Shown: positions 1 through 10,930 of the stretch, one piece after another | Position numbering within the stretch: the stretch's first letter is position 1 | Layout of the letters: every line of letters begins with the position of its first letter | Source of the DNA: a virus | Lineage: Duplodnaviria; Caudoviricetes | DNA: 64,000 nucleotides | Virus record (IMG/VR): IMGVR_UViG_2588253758_000006 | Strand: one strand, 5' to 3' | The notes under the pieces: model-generated | What the model was told of the DNA's origin: nothing | The model's input: the letters and a program-made list of their open reading frames with translations, nothing else | Databases searched by the model: none | Position numbers and translations under genes: made by a program

Positions 1-1023
1 TATCGCACAATACGCTGAGTGAAATTATCGAACGTATAGTTCCCAAGGTCAAGGAGTGGCAAAGTCGTCCTTTGGAGTCGATGTACACTATCGTTTGGCT
101 CGATGCGATGCACTACAAGGTCAAAGATGGTGGACGTACGGAGAGTCGAGCCGTTTATAATGTACTGGCAGTCAATAAGGATGGTCGCAAAGAGTTAATC
201 GGGATGTATGTATCTGAGAGTGAGGGAGCGAACTTCTGGTTGAGTGTATTGACCGATTTGAAAGCACGTGGGATGAAAGATGTTTTGATTGCCTGCATTG
301 ACAACCTTACGGGCTTTGCCGAGGCAATCTCCACCATTTTCCCGCAAGTAATCATTCAGAGCTGCATCGTTCACCAAATCCGCAACTCATTGAAATACAT
401 TGCCTCCAAAGATCAAAAGGAGTTTATGGGTGATTTGAAGACGGTCTATCAAGCTCCCACTCTGGATTTAGCCGAACTCAATCTTGATAAATTGGAGGAT
501 AAATGGGGGCAGAAATACCCTGTTGTTATAGGCTCGTGGCGACGAAATTGGGATAAGCTTAGTGCCTATTTTGCTTATGATGAGCATATTCGCAGACTTA
601 TCTACACAACTAATGCTGTTGAGGGATTTCATCGTCAGGCACGGAAAGTTACCAAGACGAAGGGTGTTTTCCCTAATGATATGGCATTGATGAAGTTACT
701 CTACTTAGCGGTGCTCAACATCTCCAAGAAATGGACTCAACCCCTTCCGAATTGGGCGTTAACAGCAGGTCAATTACGGATAAAGTTTGGCGAAAGGATG
801 CCTATGGAGTTATAGCCCTTGTTTATTCTTTTCGGTTTTCCAAACGCAAAGAAAAGGCAGTTTCCGGATGTGAGCAAGGGTATATAAACGGCTCGTGCCT
901 CGCCGCCCTTGCACACATCCAAAAACCGCCTTGAAAAAGCATTTGTAAAGCCGAAAAGAAAAAATTATATTTGTAGAAATTTAACACGAAATATTTACCA
1001 GACAGAGTTTATATTACACTCCC
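1..1023 (+). mobile_element. IS256-family element, copy 1 (left part outside window)
   Basis: Right terminus ...GACAGAGTTTATATTACACTCCC ends at 1023; near-identical to the full copies at 5729-7199 and 20991-22461. Confidence 0.95.
3..815 (+). CDS. IS256-family (mutator-type DDE) transposase, 5' end outside window
   Basis: WLDA, IDNL, CIVHQIRN and YTTNAVEG motifs; almost identical to the 405-aa copies. Confidence 0.93.
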   Translation, partial: SHNTLSEIIERIVPKVKEWQSRPLESMYTIVWLDAMHYKVKDGGRTESRAVYNVLAVNKDGRKELIGMYVSESEGANFWLSVLTDLKARGMKDVLIACIDNLTGFAEAISTIFPQVIIQSCIVHQIRNSLKYIASKDQKEFMGDLKTVYQAPTLDLAELNLDKLEDKWGQKYPVVIGSWRRNWDKLSAYFAYDEHIRRLIYTTNAVEGFHRQARKVTKTKGVFPNDMALMKLLYLAVLNISKKWTQPLPNWALTAGQLRIKFGERMPMEL

Positions 1024-1124
1024 GTTTCAGAGATAAGTTCTTGCACATTTTCGTCTGTAATTTGCTCCACCTTGTCGTTCTCAATGTCGAGACGGACGGT
1101 GATATAAACTGTTTTAGTTGCCAT
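1024..1124 (-). pseudogene. Small hypothetical gene (MATKTVYITVRLDIENDKVEQITDENVQELISE...) interrupted by IS256
   Basis: ATG at 1124 overlaps the end of the upstream gene; the frame runs into the IS end at 1023. Confidence 0.6.
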
Positions 1125-1485
1125 TGTTTTCTTTGGTTAATGTATAGTTCATACTTGTGAGAATATCGCTGATCCAATGCACATTTGAGCAAGCAAAGTC
1201 GTGATCTTTGCTCGAAAGGGTGAAAGTATAACCCACGCTTTCGCTATATACTTCAATCTCGAAATCGGTGTCACCATCCAGCATTACAGTTTGCACCACA
1301 CAGTCGTGTCCGCATCCGTCATCGTCGAACCATACTACATAGGCAAGATGATCGGGCACTTCATCCAAGGTAACCACTGTGATGTCGTTACTTTTGAGTA
1401 GGTCGATAATCGCTTCGGTTATCTCTTTTCTCAGAGCCACGATGCGGTCGTCGAAACTGTTAATCAGGTCTTTTGTGTATTTCAT
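1114..1485 (-). CDS. Hypothetical acidic protein (phage/ICE-like operon)
   Basis: ORF 1114-1551; ATG at 1485 fits tight packing after the upstream stop at 1493. Confidence 0.75.
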   Translation of the reverse strand: MKYTKDLINSFDDRIVALRKEITEAIIDLLKSNDITVVTLDEVPDHLAYVVWFDDDGCGHDCVVQTVMLDGDTDFEIEVYSESVGYTFTLSSKDHDFACSNVHWISDILTSMNYTLTKENNGN

Positions 1486-1492
1486 ATTGAGT

Positions 1493-2029
1493 CTACTTTT
1501 TGTTGTTACCCGGCACTTCCCAGAAAATAATACCTGTTTCCTTATCATCAAGTGTATGAGTCAGGAACTCAAGAATGTCGTTTTGAGTTCTATCAATGGT
1601 TAGGTCATGTAGGCAAGTAGAGCCACCTCCATAGCTTCCAATAACCAACACATCTGCACCGAGAAGATGAATTTTGGTGATTCCCCAGCAATCACTATCC
1701 TCTACGCTATTAAAGTCAATCGTATCACCGACTTTCATTTCGGTAACCATTTTGGATAATTCCTCAATAGAGACTGGGATCAAGTCACCTGGTTCAGCAA
1801 CTTTAATATATCCGACCAGATTGCGATCTTCATCTCGGATAGCATCACCATCGGCAATCTCTATTTCATCGGTACTGTAACCTGTGTTAGGTGTAGTGAT
1901 AGCAAGTTTCTTTCCCATGACCACCGTTGCTGCTTTGATCAGCCAATACTCAATGGGCTCTTTGTAGTGTTCAAGAACCAAAATCTGATTAGGGTCCTTG
2001 ATATAATCGTCAAGTTTGAACTGTTTCAT
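1493..2029 (-). CDS. Hypothetical protein
   Basis: 178-aa ORF with a 4-nt ATGA overlap with the upstream gene. Confidence 0.8.
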   Translation of the reverse strand: MKQFKLDDYIKDPNQILVLEHYKEPIEYWLIKAATVVMGKKLAITTPNTGYSTDEIEIADGDAIRDEDRNLVGYIKVAEPGDLIPVSIEELSKMVTEMKVGDTIDFNSVEDSDCWGITKIHLLGADVLVIGSYGGGSTCLHDLTIDRTQNDILEFLTHTLDDKETGIIFWEVPGNNKK

Positions 2030-2697
2030 CGCTTTGTTGGTTTGTTTAAGAAAATGATTTCCACACGCTGCGAGCGTACAAATTCGATTGAGTCGAGGGA
2101 GACAATTTCACCATCCGAAATGATGTCTTGGTCGTCGAAAGTAACCATATCTGCCTCCAATATGTCGCAGATTACATTGCCGTTTTTGTCGGTTACGGCA
2201 TAGACTTTACCGTCTAACTCCTTCATAAACTCATTGTGTTCCTTGAAGATGAATAGGTGTTTGCACGGAGCCATAATGATTCTCAGATTGTACTCTCGAA
2301 ATTTATCAGGTGTCATTTTGGTGCCTTTGAATAGGGATTTCGAGTTGCTGAAAATGCCCTTCATCAGTTGTCTGACATACTCCTCGTGGTTAATCTCTTC
2401 AACCTCGGCAAAGCACATTGCCAAGTCATCAACGGTTATTTTGAAGTCATCGGGCAGGCGATTGCCATAGCGGTTCTGATTGATGGTACGGCGCATCTGT
2501 TCATCCAGCATTGCGTTACCGACACCGGGATATGTCAGAAATAAATATCTCCCTTCACACTGAGCAATACCAAAGCCATCAAACAGATAGGCTGTAATCT
2601 CTTTCTCATCAACTTCGGGAAAATCCGGTGTATTTAGCTCCATCGTCAGGCTTACTAATCCGCCTAACTCTTCGATTCTTTTCGCATTTATATTCAT
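2026..2697 (-). CDS. Hypothetical protein
   Basis: 223-aa ORF in the co-oriented operon. Confidence 0.8.
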   Translation of the reverse strand: MNINAKRIEELGGLVSLTMELNTPDFPEVDEKEITAYLFDGFGIAQCEGRYLFLTYPGVGNAMLDEQMRRTINQNRYGNRLPDDFKITVDDLAMCFAEVEEINHEEYVRQLMKGIFSNSKSLFKGTKMTPDKFREYNLRIIMAPCKHLFIFKEHNEFMKELDGKVYAVTDKNGNVICDILEADMVTFDDQDIISDGEIVSLDSIEFVRSQRVEIIFLNKPTKR

Positions 2698-2824
2698 CGC
2701 TTTACTTATTTGGTGCGAGACGCACTCGCAATTATTTACTTATTTGTTCATTAATAGAATAGGGATAGGAAAAAGAAAGGGGTGAATCTCTCCACCCCAA
2801 AATTGATTATTATTGTTTTTCTGT

Positions 2825-4630
2825 TCAGATTGCGACCTGCAACCCTGCCGCTGAGACCGGAATGCCGATGTCGATGCTCTCGGTGTGAAACTCTTTGAGT
2901 TCCTCTTTGACCTTCTCCAATGAGCCGTAGCGGATAACCTCGCCATCAATCATTGCCGAGAAGTAGAGCTGCTCACCCAATAGCACGTTGGCGTAGATGT
3001 CGGCACCATACTCCGAAGCCACCTTTTTCAGCGAGAAGTAACCATTCGCTTGGTAGGGTTTAAGCGTTTTGCTGACCGTTGGTTTCACGAATGAAGGGTC
3101 ATAATCGGCGATCATCTTTTCGAGCCACGTTGTGTGGAATGTGCTGACCTCTTGGCGGAATACTACCTCCGGACGGAAAGAGCGAGGGGAACGGCGTGTT
3201 ACCGTGATGATGTTTGGCGTGGTATAGCTGCTGTCAGCGTGAATGCTGATGTAGGTAGTACCCAATCGGCAATAGGTGTATTGCTTTTTGTCCTCTCGCA
3301 ATTGAGCAAACGACACCTCACCGCCGTAGAACTTCTCATCAAGACCTGTGTCGTCCATAAAGTCTTGCAGGTAGTGCTTTGGAATATACGCTTTGTAGTT
3401 ACGATCACTGCGATAGAGTTCAACAGCCTGCTCGGGTGAGATGAGTTCCGGACGAGCACATCTAACATCCCAAGGAGACCTTTTGACAATACTCGCAACG
3501 TGTTCTTTTGTTTGTAGATGCTTCGGTATCTGTTCGAACCATTCAAGCGAAGTCCCATATTGCTCGCAGTATTTCACAAAGTCATCTGTCCATATGGTTT
3601 CCGGCAGTTTTGGCAATTCACAATTTTTGCGGATATATGCCTGACACACCTCCAACGTAAAGAGTTCGGGATGAGTGTCACGGCAAATTTTCACTACATT
3701 ACGATCGCATTTCTCAATCGCACCAATGAGACGCTCAGGAGTTTGGAACTGCTCGGGCACTCTTTTGAAGTTATTCGGGTCTGCTTCTATCACCTTGTCG
3801 GCCATTGCATCGTCCATTACGGCAAACACAGCCTCCATCAGTTGTTTGTGACTCTCTTTTACAGCTTGTTGTTCAGTGGTTGGCTTGTTGTAGTATGAGT
3901 GATATGATGGTGCGTCAAACGAAATCTTCTTGTTTTCAATCGCCACCGCAAATATATCGTAGTCATAGAACTGCTTCGGCACAAGCTCGAACTCGGTTGC
4001 AGCGACTTTGAGGTAGTATTCCTTTGTTTTGTATCTATCAGGAGTGAGAATTCCAATGTCCTCTCGTTTGATTTTGAGGTCAAACAAGCTCATATAGAAC
4101 TCTTTTGTTTTAATCTCGTTGGGGATATAGCTCAATAGTATCTGCACCCGCTTAACGTCTGATTTAGTCGTTGAGCCGTGATAACCGCCACGAGGACCGT
4201 AGGAAGTGATAGTTTCCAAATATACATCTCTCACTCCGGTAAGGGCAAGCTCCAGTGTCCACACCTCAGCGGGAAATAGGTGCAGATACCGGATATTTCG
4301 TTTGGTGGTATTCAGGATTTTCTCCAACATTTTGGCACTCCGCAATGTGGCAGGAACAGCCTCGATGTTTGAATCGTCCTTCTTGACCGCAAACTCGCAC
4401 ACCTCTTTGGTGCGAATATCCTCGGGTAGGCTCGATAGGTTAAATCCACGCCAGCTGTATGAATCGGCGTTCTTTTCGATAATGCCAACCACCACCTCAC
4501 CCGTAAGGTATCGATGCGGCAGATAGTCCAATAGTTCTATTTTACCTTCTTCAATAGCGGCAGCGGCTATTTCGGGTGTGATTAACTCTTCGGGTAGATT
4601 GGCTACCGCTTTGTATATCTCTTTTCCCAT
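2825..4630 (-). CDS. DUF4116-like helical repeat protein
   Basis: 601 aa with recurring P-x-x-x-x-T-x-E-x-C/A units (ITPEIAAAA, RTKEVCEFAV, QTPERLIGAI, FTLEVCQAYI, QTKEHVASIV). Confidence 0.75.
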   Translation of the reverse strand: MGKEIYKAVANLPEELITPEIAAAAIEEGKIELLDYLPHRYLTGEVVVGIIEKNADSYSWRGFNLSSLPEDIRTKEVCEFAVKKDDSNIEAVPATLRSAKMLEKILNTTKRNIRYLHLFPAEVWTLELALTGVRDVYLETITSYGPRGGYHGSTTKSDVKRVQILLSYIPNEIKTKEFYMSLFDLKIKREDIGILTPDRYKTKEYYLKVAATEFELVPKQFYDYDIFAVAIENKKISFDAPSYHSYYNKPTTEQQAVKESHKQLMEAVFAVMDDAMADKVIEADPNNFKRVPEQFQTPERLIGAIEKCDRNVVKICRDTHPELFTLEVCQAYIRKNCELPKLPETIWTDDFVKYCEQYGTSLEWFEQIPKHLQTKEHVASIVKRSPWDVRCARPELISPEQAVELYRSDRNYKAYIPKHYLQDFMDDTGLDEKFYGGEVSFAQLREDKKQYTYCRLGTTYISIHADSSYTTPNIITVTRRSPRSFRPEVVFRQEVSTFHTTWLEKMIADYDPSFVKPTVSKTLKPYQANGYFSLKKVASEYGADIYANVLLGEQLYFSAMIDGEVIRYGSLEKVKEELKEFHTESIDIGIPVSAAGLQVAI

Positions 4631-4637
4631 TGTATTA

Positions 4638-5207
4638 TTAATTTATAGGATGGTTAATAGTTCTGATGAGCTTGTTGTTGCGAAAGACGAAGATTGGAGT
4701 TTTGTCGTTGTTGGATTTAGCTACGATATCGTCCCAACCCTTGTAGTCACGTCCGTAGAAGTAGGATATTTCACCCTTCTCATCTATGTAGTAGAACTCC
4801 AGCCCCTCCAACGGTTTATTGGAGACGATAGGTAGTGTTGGGGGTAGGATGTCAGAGAACCCATCAGCATAATGGTAGTGCCATTTGCCATCCTTGTATA
4901 GAAATAGGTGCCCTTCGAGTTTCAGAAACTCCGCCTCGCTGCCATAACGAGGAAGACGGGAGCCTTTGCCCTTTTTGTCGTCCCTAATCTCGGCATAGCA
5001 ATGAACCTTATCTCCATACCCGTTTGATTTGCCGTAGGGAGTGGGTCTTATCATAACTAAGTTGCCCAGTTCAATGAGTGCCGTCACTCGTGGTTCACGA
5101 GCATAAAAATTTCGCAGAATCGAAGTGATGCGACTGTTGTTGTACTCCGATGTGGTGACGTAGCGAATCGCCCCGTCAGATTGTTGTTGTCCTAAATAGA
5201 TTGTCAT
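4638..5207 (-). CDS. Hypothetical protein, phage-like
   Basis: ORF 4638-5252, likely start MTIYLG at 5207; LRNFY...VTALIELGNL resembles a common phage hypothetical family. Confidence 0.7.
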   Translation of the reverse strand: MTIYLGQQQSDGAIRYVTTSEYNNSRITSILRNFYAREPRVTALIELGNLVMIRPTPYGKSNGYGDKVHCYAEIRDDKKGKGSRLPRYGSEAEFLKLEGHLFLYKDGKWHYHYADGFSDILPPTLPIVSNKPLEGLEFYYIDEKGEISYFYGRDYKGWDDIVAKSNNDKTPIFVFRNNKLIRTINHPIN

Positions 5208-5728
5208 ATCTGTATGTTTTTTATTGTTTAACTTACATTTTGAGCTCCCCATCGAATGTGAAATTTTCCTTGTTCGTCCTGTTCGCGACGGAAGAGGGTT
5301 TCGATGATGTCGGGTGAGATGTCGAACTCCTCGAAGATTTCGGATTCATCTTTGACCTCGCCGCTTTTGATAAATTCGTTGAGTCGCTCCTTGGTGAGCA
5401 CCAACGCCATTAGGTTCTGCTCTATTGACTCTTCGTAGGTCAGGTAGTGAACTCGACGCATACCAATGGAGTCCAATCTGATAAAGCGGAAGTAGAACTG
5501 CTCCATACGAGGGATGTTCCACTGCAATGACTCGATAATGATGTCCTCGCAACTCGGTACGTTGGCAGAACTCTTCAGGCTCTGCTGGGTGCAGATCAAT
5601 AGCCCGTTCTCTGTCTTCTCGAACTTATCAAGTATCGCTTGGCGACGCTTGAAATCGACATTGCCCCTAACTACAAACAGCGGTCGTTCTGGGAATCGCT
5701 CACTTAGAAAATCGGTATATAGCTCCAC

Positions 5729-7199
5729 GGGAGTGTAATATAAACTCTGTCCGGTAAATATTTCGAGTTAAATTTCTACAAATATAATTTTTTCTTTTCG
5801 GCTTTACAAATGCTTTTTCAAGGCGGTTTTTGGATGTGTGCAAGGGCGGCGAGGCACGAGCCGTTTATATACCCTTGCTCACATCCGGAAACTGCCTTTT
5901 CTTTGCGTTTGGAAAACCGAAAAGAATAAACAAGGGCTATAACTCCATAGGCATCCTTTCGCCAAACTTTATCCGTAATTGACCTGCTGTTAACGCCCAA
6001 TTCGGAAGGGGTTGAGTCCATTTCTTGGAGATGTTGAGCACCGCTAAGTAGAGTAACTTCATCAATGCCATATCATTAGGGAAAACACCCTTCGTCTTGG
6101 TAACTTTCCGTGCCTGACGATGAAATCCCTCAACAGCATTAGTTGTGTAGATAAGTCTGCGAATATGCTCATCATAAGCAAAATAGGCACTAAGCTTATC
6201 CCAATTTCGTCGCCACGAGCCTATAACAACAGGGTATTTCTGCCCCCATTTATCCTCCAATTTATCAAGATTGAGTTCGGCTAAATCCAGAGTGGGAGCT
6301 TGATAGACCGTCTTCAAATCACCCATAAACTCCTTTTTGTCTTTGGAGGCAATGTATTTCAATGAGTTGCGGATTTGATGAACGATGCAGCTCTGAATGA
6401 TTACTTGCGGGAAAATGGTGGCTATTGCCTCGGCAAAGCCCGTAAGGTTGTCAATGCAGGCAATCAAAACATCTTTCATCCCACGTGCTTTCAAATCGGT
6501 CAATACACTCAACCAGAAGTTCGCTCCCTCACTCTCAGATACATACATCCCGATTAACTCTTTGCGACCATCCTTATTGACTGCCAGCACATTATAAACG
6601 GCTCGGCTCTCCGTACGTCCACCATCTTTGACCTTGTAGTGCATCGCATCGAGCCAAACGATAGTGTACATCGACTCCAAAGGACGACTTTGCCACTCCT
6701 TGACCTTGGGAACTATACGTTCGATAATTTCACTCAGCGTATTGTGCGATATCTCAACGTCATACATCTCTTCGATATGAGCAGATATATCCCTCAGGCT
6801 CATACCCATACCATACAAACTGATGATCTTGGAGGACATATTATCCGCCAAAATGGTCTCCCGTTTCCTGAGAATCTCGGGTGTAAAACTGCTATGACGA
6901 TCCTGAGGTGTCTCTATTTCAATCTCACCTGCCATCGTTTTGACTCGTTTGCTTCCTCGACCGTTACGCTTGTTGCCTTGCTGGCGTTCCGCCTCGTCGA
7001 GATGAGCTGCCATTTCGCCATCCAAAGCGGCTTCTAAAAATTCTTTCAACAGTGGAGCAAATGCCCCATCTTTGCCCGTGAGTGACTCCCCACTCCGAAG
7101 CTGAGATAATGCCTTATCACGCATTATTTGATACTCCTGACTTCTCCTATCCATAATACAAAGGTAAGTGTTTTTGGACAGAGTTCAGATTACAGTCTC
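5729..7199 (-). mobile_element. IS256-family element, copy 2 (1471 bp)
   Basis: Imperfect 24-bp IRs GAGACTGTAATCTGAACTCTGTCC / GGGAGTGTAATATAAACTCTGTCC; 8-bp TSD AGCTCCAC (5721-5728, 7200-7207). Confidence 0.97.
5937..7154 (-). CDS. IS256-family transposase
   Basis: 405 aa; RNG...PQDR, WLDA, CIVH and TTNAVEG motifs. Confidence 0.96.
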   Translation of the reverse strand: MDRRSQEYQIMRDKALSQLRSGESLTGKDGAFAPLLKEFLEAALDGEMAAHLDEAERQQGNKRNGRGSKRVKTMAGEIEIETPQDRHSSFTPEILRKRETILADNMSSKIISLYGMGMSLRDISAHIEEMYDVEISHNTLSEIIERIVPKVKEWQSRPLESMYTIVWLDAMHYKVKDGGRTESRAVYNVLAVNKDGRKELIGMYVSESEGANFWLSVLTDLKARGMKDVLIACIDNLTGFAEAIATIFPQVIIQSCIVHQIRNSLKYIASKDKKEFMGDLKTVYQAPTLDLAELNLDKLEDKWGQKYPVVIGSWRRNWDKLSAYFAYDEHIRRLIYTTNAVEGFHRQARKVTKTKGVFPNDMALMKLLYLAVLNISKKWTQPLPNWALTAGQLRIKFGERMPMEL

Positions 7200-9731
7200 A
7201 GCTCCACCGCATCAAGCGAGGTGCAACCAATTGCAACTTTGCCTTTGAGTTCGTATCTGAGCTTGTGTTCGATAGTGATTGCCTTTTGTGGATAGCCACA
7301 TCCGAAATAACCACTCATCTTATGCGGCACTGAACACGCCTTGATAAGCAGTTGTATTTGTCGAACAAGGTTCAACTGAGACTCCTTCTTCTTGTCGGCA
7401 ATCGGGTTGAAATAGAAGTGCAGAATCTCGTGAAACTTTTCGAGGATAGTACGATAAACGGCTCGTTCACCATCGCTGGGCGTTACGGTGTAGTTGATAA
7501 TCTCGTACTTCTCACCGGCAAACTCTTTGAACTTGCGGGTGATGATGCTCTTTTCGATAAGTGCCGCCAAATGTTCTTGGTTGTAAACGTCTTGATTCTG
7601 CTTTTCGATACCAAATACTGAAGCCTTGCCCGGGCAGAAGCACGCTTTGAAGAGCACCGCACCACCACGAGCAGGGAACGGTTCACGGTAGCGATCATTG
7701 GTTTTGCTCTCAATCGCTCCATCTTTATTCTGGAAATAGACGTTGTAGGCGTTGCACATCATATTGACTGAGTTGTTGTAGAGCAGCTCAAATTGCGAGT
7801 ACAATTCACCGATATTGTTTCGGGTGGTTGTTCCAGTTGCCAATAGTTTGAATTTAGCCCTGCGGAATATGTTGAGCGATTGCCGTGTGCGTTTGGCTGA
7901 GGGGTTAGTAATTTCGTCCGACTCATCAAACAAGAGGCATATTTTATTGGAGCGCACCTTCATAAACTCTTTGAGCGGCCCCACCAATTCGCTAATCATT
8001 GTCAGTGACAGCAGAATGAATGCTCCTTTGGGTACATTTACAAGGTGCTCGGGCTTGCTGGCGATGATGTATCTCTCGCCGTGCCGTTGCAGAAATGGCT
8101 CCCACGTTAGGTGAATGGCGATTGCAGGAGCGAGAATAACCGTGTTTTTGGTGTGTGGCTCTCGGTGCTTGCCGTAATGATATGCTACTGCCGTTTTACC
8201 TGAGCCCTGTTGCCAGTTCAAAAGAGCGTATCGTTTCTGAAACACCAACCCCATATCGTGCTGTTGCAGCTCGGTGAAGCTGCACGCCTGCATATCTTTA
8301 TTGTAGAATGTAAGCGACTGAATCTTAGTATCCAACGCCTCATCACGCTGCATCGTCTCAAAACTTCTCGATTGCAGTTTATATTCATTTCGTTTGCGTT
8401 CGATAAACCGCTCGACAGCGACATATTGTCGTCGGAGTTTGGCAGTCATCTTTTCGGGACGTGGCAACTTCGCCCCAACGGATAAAATATCGTTCAGTGA
8501 TACGGATTTTACAGCTACCTTATCCAATAGATGCGGTGCATAGCCCTTCAACTTGAAGCCATTTTGCGTCTTGACTAATGCTATCTCTTTGCGGTGTACG
8601 ACATTCTGATTTTTGATATATCGTTTGAGCACCGCAAGCACCTTGTTGTAGGTGAGTTTACGCTTCTCCCACGCCTTGTGCTCATCGAGGGTGCACCCTT
8701 CGGGCGGTCGCTGGTTACGGAACTTAGCAACGAGGGCGAGAGCCTTGTCGTAATGCTTTTCGAGTGACTTGTGGGTTTTGATTTCGTAGAGATATTTTTT
8801 GAGTTTATATTCAAACTCTCGGCTTTCGGCTGAAATCTCCTCTTTGGTCTCCTGTCTGATTTGTAGTTTGGACTCCTCGGTAATTCCCTTAGCTTGGGCA
8901 ATACGAGTGGTTAGTTTCTCCATCGAGACAAACTCCTCAGCGTTGTAGGGATTCATCTCGATGTTTTTCGACTCCCGCATAAAGACCATAATTTTGGTCT
9001 CGAACTTCTCAACGCCTACGCTTTTGAAAGCATCGGCAGCAAGTTTGGTCTGCCCGATAAACGAGAAGTCACGGTTCATTGCATTGACCTTTGGCCGCTG
9101 CCAGAACTCGTTTTGCAGGAACGACACCGGCACAATCATCATCAGTAGCCCCGATGGTTTGAGCATCCAGTACGCCTTGTTGCAGTAGTAAAACTGGGAT
9201 TGAATGCCGTCAAAGTCGAGGTTGAACGGTGGGTTGCCGATTACGATGTCAAAACGCTCTTCTGGGTTGTGGGTACAGAGGTTGGCGACTTGGATATTTG
9301 CATTGGGATAGAGATATTTGGCCACCCGCACCGCATCCGGGTCAATGTCGAACCCATAAACGTTGTGTTGGTTTGGCAGGAAGTTGAAAAAGTTACCCAT
9401 TCCACAACACATATCCATCACCATCTCATTCGGCTGCGGTTTAATCGCTTCGACCATCTGGCTACATATTTCGTGTGGTGTGAAGAACTGACCCATCTCC
9501 GCCTCACGTTTCGCCTGTGCAAAGTCGTGGTAAGATGAGAAGTCCGCCTGCTTCAACTCGTGCAGACCTCCGATGCCTGTATATTGATTGTAAACCTCTT
9601 CGGCAGAGATAGCTCCGTTGCCGCTCTCGATGGCTGAGAGTATCTTCGCATTGACCTCCTTTCGCTTGGACTGCGATATTTGTTGTGGAATTATTTGATA
9701 CATTGTATGTTTCTATTTTATTGGTTAGGGG

Positions 9732-10028
9732 CTACATAGAGGCTATGTAGCCAAACTCATTGATTTCTTGTTGGTTCTGCTCGTTGAAAGCATCGGTTTT
9801 GTAGAATGGTACGCTGCTCGAAGCGTATTTGTCGGTCATCTCTCGTTTGAAGCAGTTGAAGTGGTCTATCAATTTTTCATCATCTCGATAGCTCTCCAGC
9901 AGGTTGATTGCATCGACTACATCGCCGTCAAGGTTCACACGGCTATTGCCGTAATCTTTGGCGTATTGCTTAAATCCTCTCGCCCCTATGATTTTGGCGA
10001 CACCTTCTAATGTGGTTACTTTTTTCAT
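9732..10028 (-). CDS. Hypothetical protein
   Basis: ORF 9732-10106; ATG at 10028 directly follows the upstream stop at 10031. Confidence 0.7.
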   Translation of the reverse strand: MKKVTTLEGVAKIIGARGFKQYAKDYGNSRVNLDGDVVDAINLLESYRDDEKLIDHFNCFKREMTDKYASSSVPFYKTDAFNEQNQQEINEFGYIASM

Positions 10029-10030
10029 GG

Positions 10031-10327
10031 CTATTCTGCGTCTGGTAGGTCTTCGTAATAAGGTATTTTGAAGTGAATGACGGCAGATTCCAACTCTGCC
10101 CACCATATTTCATAATAGGTCTCATCGTTGATGTTGATGCCCTCTAAGTTTCTCTCTCGCACTATCTGTTTTGTGGCGTTATCGGTGAGGTTGATGATAT
10201 TTTGCATCGTCTCATCGCTCACCCCATCGGTGCAGAATGGACATGGTAAACTCTCTAATTCACCTCGTGTAATGGAGCTTTTCCCGCAGGTAAACTCTTT
10301 GTCGTAGTATTCTTGGTTCTGTTCCAT
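10031..10327 (-). CDS. Hypothetical acidic protein
   Basis: 98-aa ORF tightly packed in the operon; CPFC motif. Confidence 0.75.
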   Translation of the reverse strand: MEQNQEYYDKEFTCGKSSITRGELESLPCPFCTDGVSDETMQNIINLTDNATKQIVRERNLEGININDETYYEIWWAELESAVIHFKIPYYEDLPDAE

Positions 10328-10330
10328 ATT

Positions 10331-10921
10331 TTAGAATTTTATCGAGTTAAAAACTTTGTCTATCTCGGCTTGTCGCAGACCGATGTAGACCTTTGTAATA
10401 TCTATGCTTGAGTGCCTGAAGATCGAGTTAAGCAATATCAGCGACTCGGCACTCCGTCCGTTGCTCTCGTAGACATACCGCCCGAATGTCTTGCGGAAAG
10501 TGTGGGTCGAGAATGCCTTGATAGGTAGTCGGTAACGCACTTTGAACCCTTTGAGCAGTCGGTTGATGTACTCTAAAGAATAGGCTGATTTGGTTTTGGG
10601 GTTTAAAAAAGGCGAACCTTTTTTGTTAGGTTCGCCTTGCAATTCGTATAACTCTTTGATTTTATGCTGGACTGAGGGGTTGAATGTGATCCGCCGTCCT
10701 TTTTGCGTTTTCCGCTCGGTTTTGTCGAGAAACTCCCGGTCGAGAATATCCTCCCACGTGAGCGTCAACACATCCGAAGCCCTCAGAGCAGTGCAGAACG
10801 ACAACCTGCAATAGAGCTCCCACATATATAATTTGTCAGCATGAAGTCCATCTACCAAGCGATTAAACTCTGCAATTGGCAGATAGTCCGCCGTTGTTAG
10901 TTTTCCTTTTTCTCTGCTCAT
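10331..10921 (-). CDS. Small tyrosine recombinase (catalytic domain only)
   Basis: 196 aa; ALRASD, HTFRKTF, FRHSS and TKVYIG supply the R, H-x-x-R, H and Y catalytic residues. Confidence 0.9.
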   Translation of the reverse strand: MSREKGKLTTADYLPIAEFNRLVDGLHADKLYMWELYCRLSFCTALRASDVLTLTWEDILDREFLDKTERKTQKGRRITFNPSVQHKIKELYELQGEPNKKGSPFLNPKTKSAYSLEYINRLLKGFKVRYRLPIKAFSTHTFRKTFGRYVYESNGRSAESLILLNSIFRHSSIDITKVYIGLRQAEIDKVFNSIKF

Positions 10922-10930
10922 TTGGTAACC

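Larger units (their letters stand above)
5228..9703 (-). pseudogene. N6-adenine methyltransferase + SNF2-type helicase (DarB-like), split by IS256
   Basis: GQFFTP, DMCCGMG, NPPF, WQQGSGKT, FDESD motifs; removing 5729-7199 and one AGCTCCAC copy joins ...DAVEL|YTDF... in frame (about 998 aa). Confidence 0.9.

Noticed and set aside
731-934. 67-aa ORF repeated in each IS256 copy, and other short antisense ORFs inside IS and large genes
   Set aside because: Recurrence simply reflects IS copy identity; no recognisable motifs; they overlap better-supported genes
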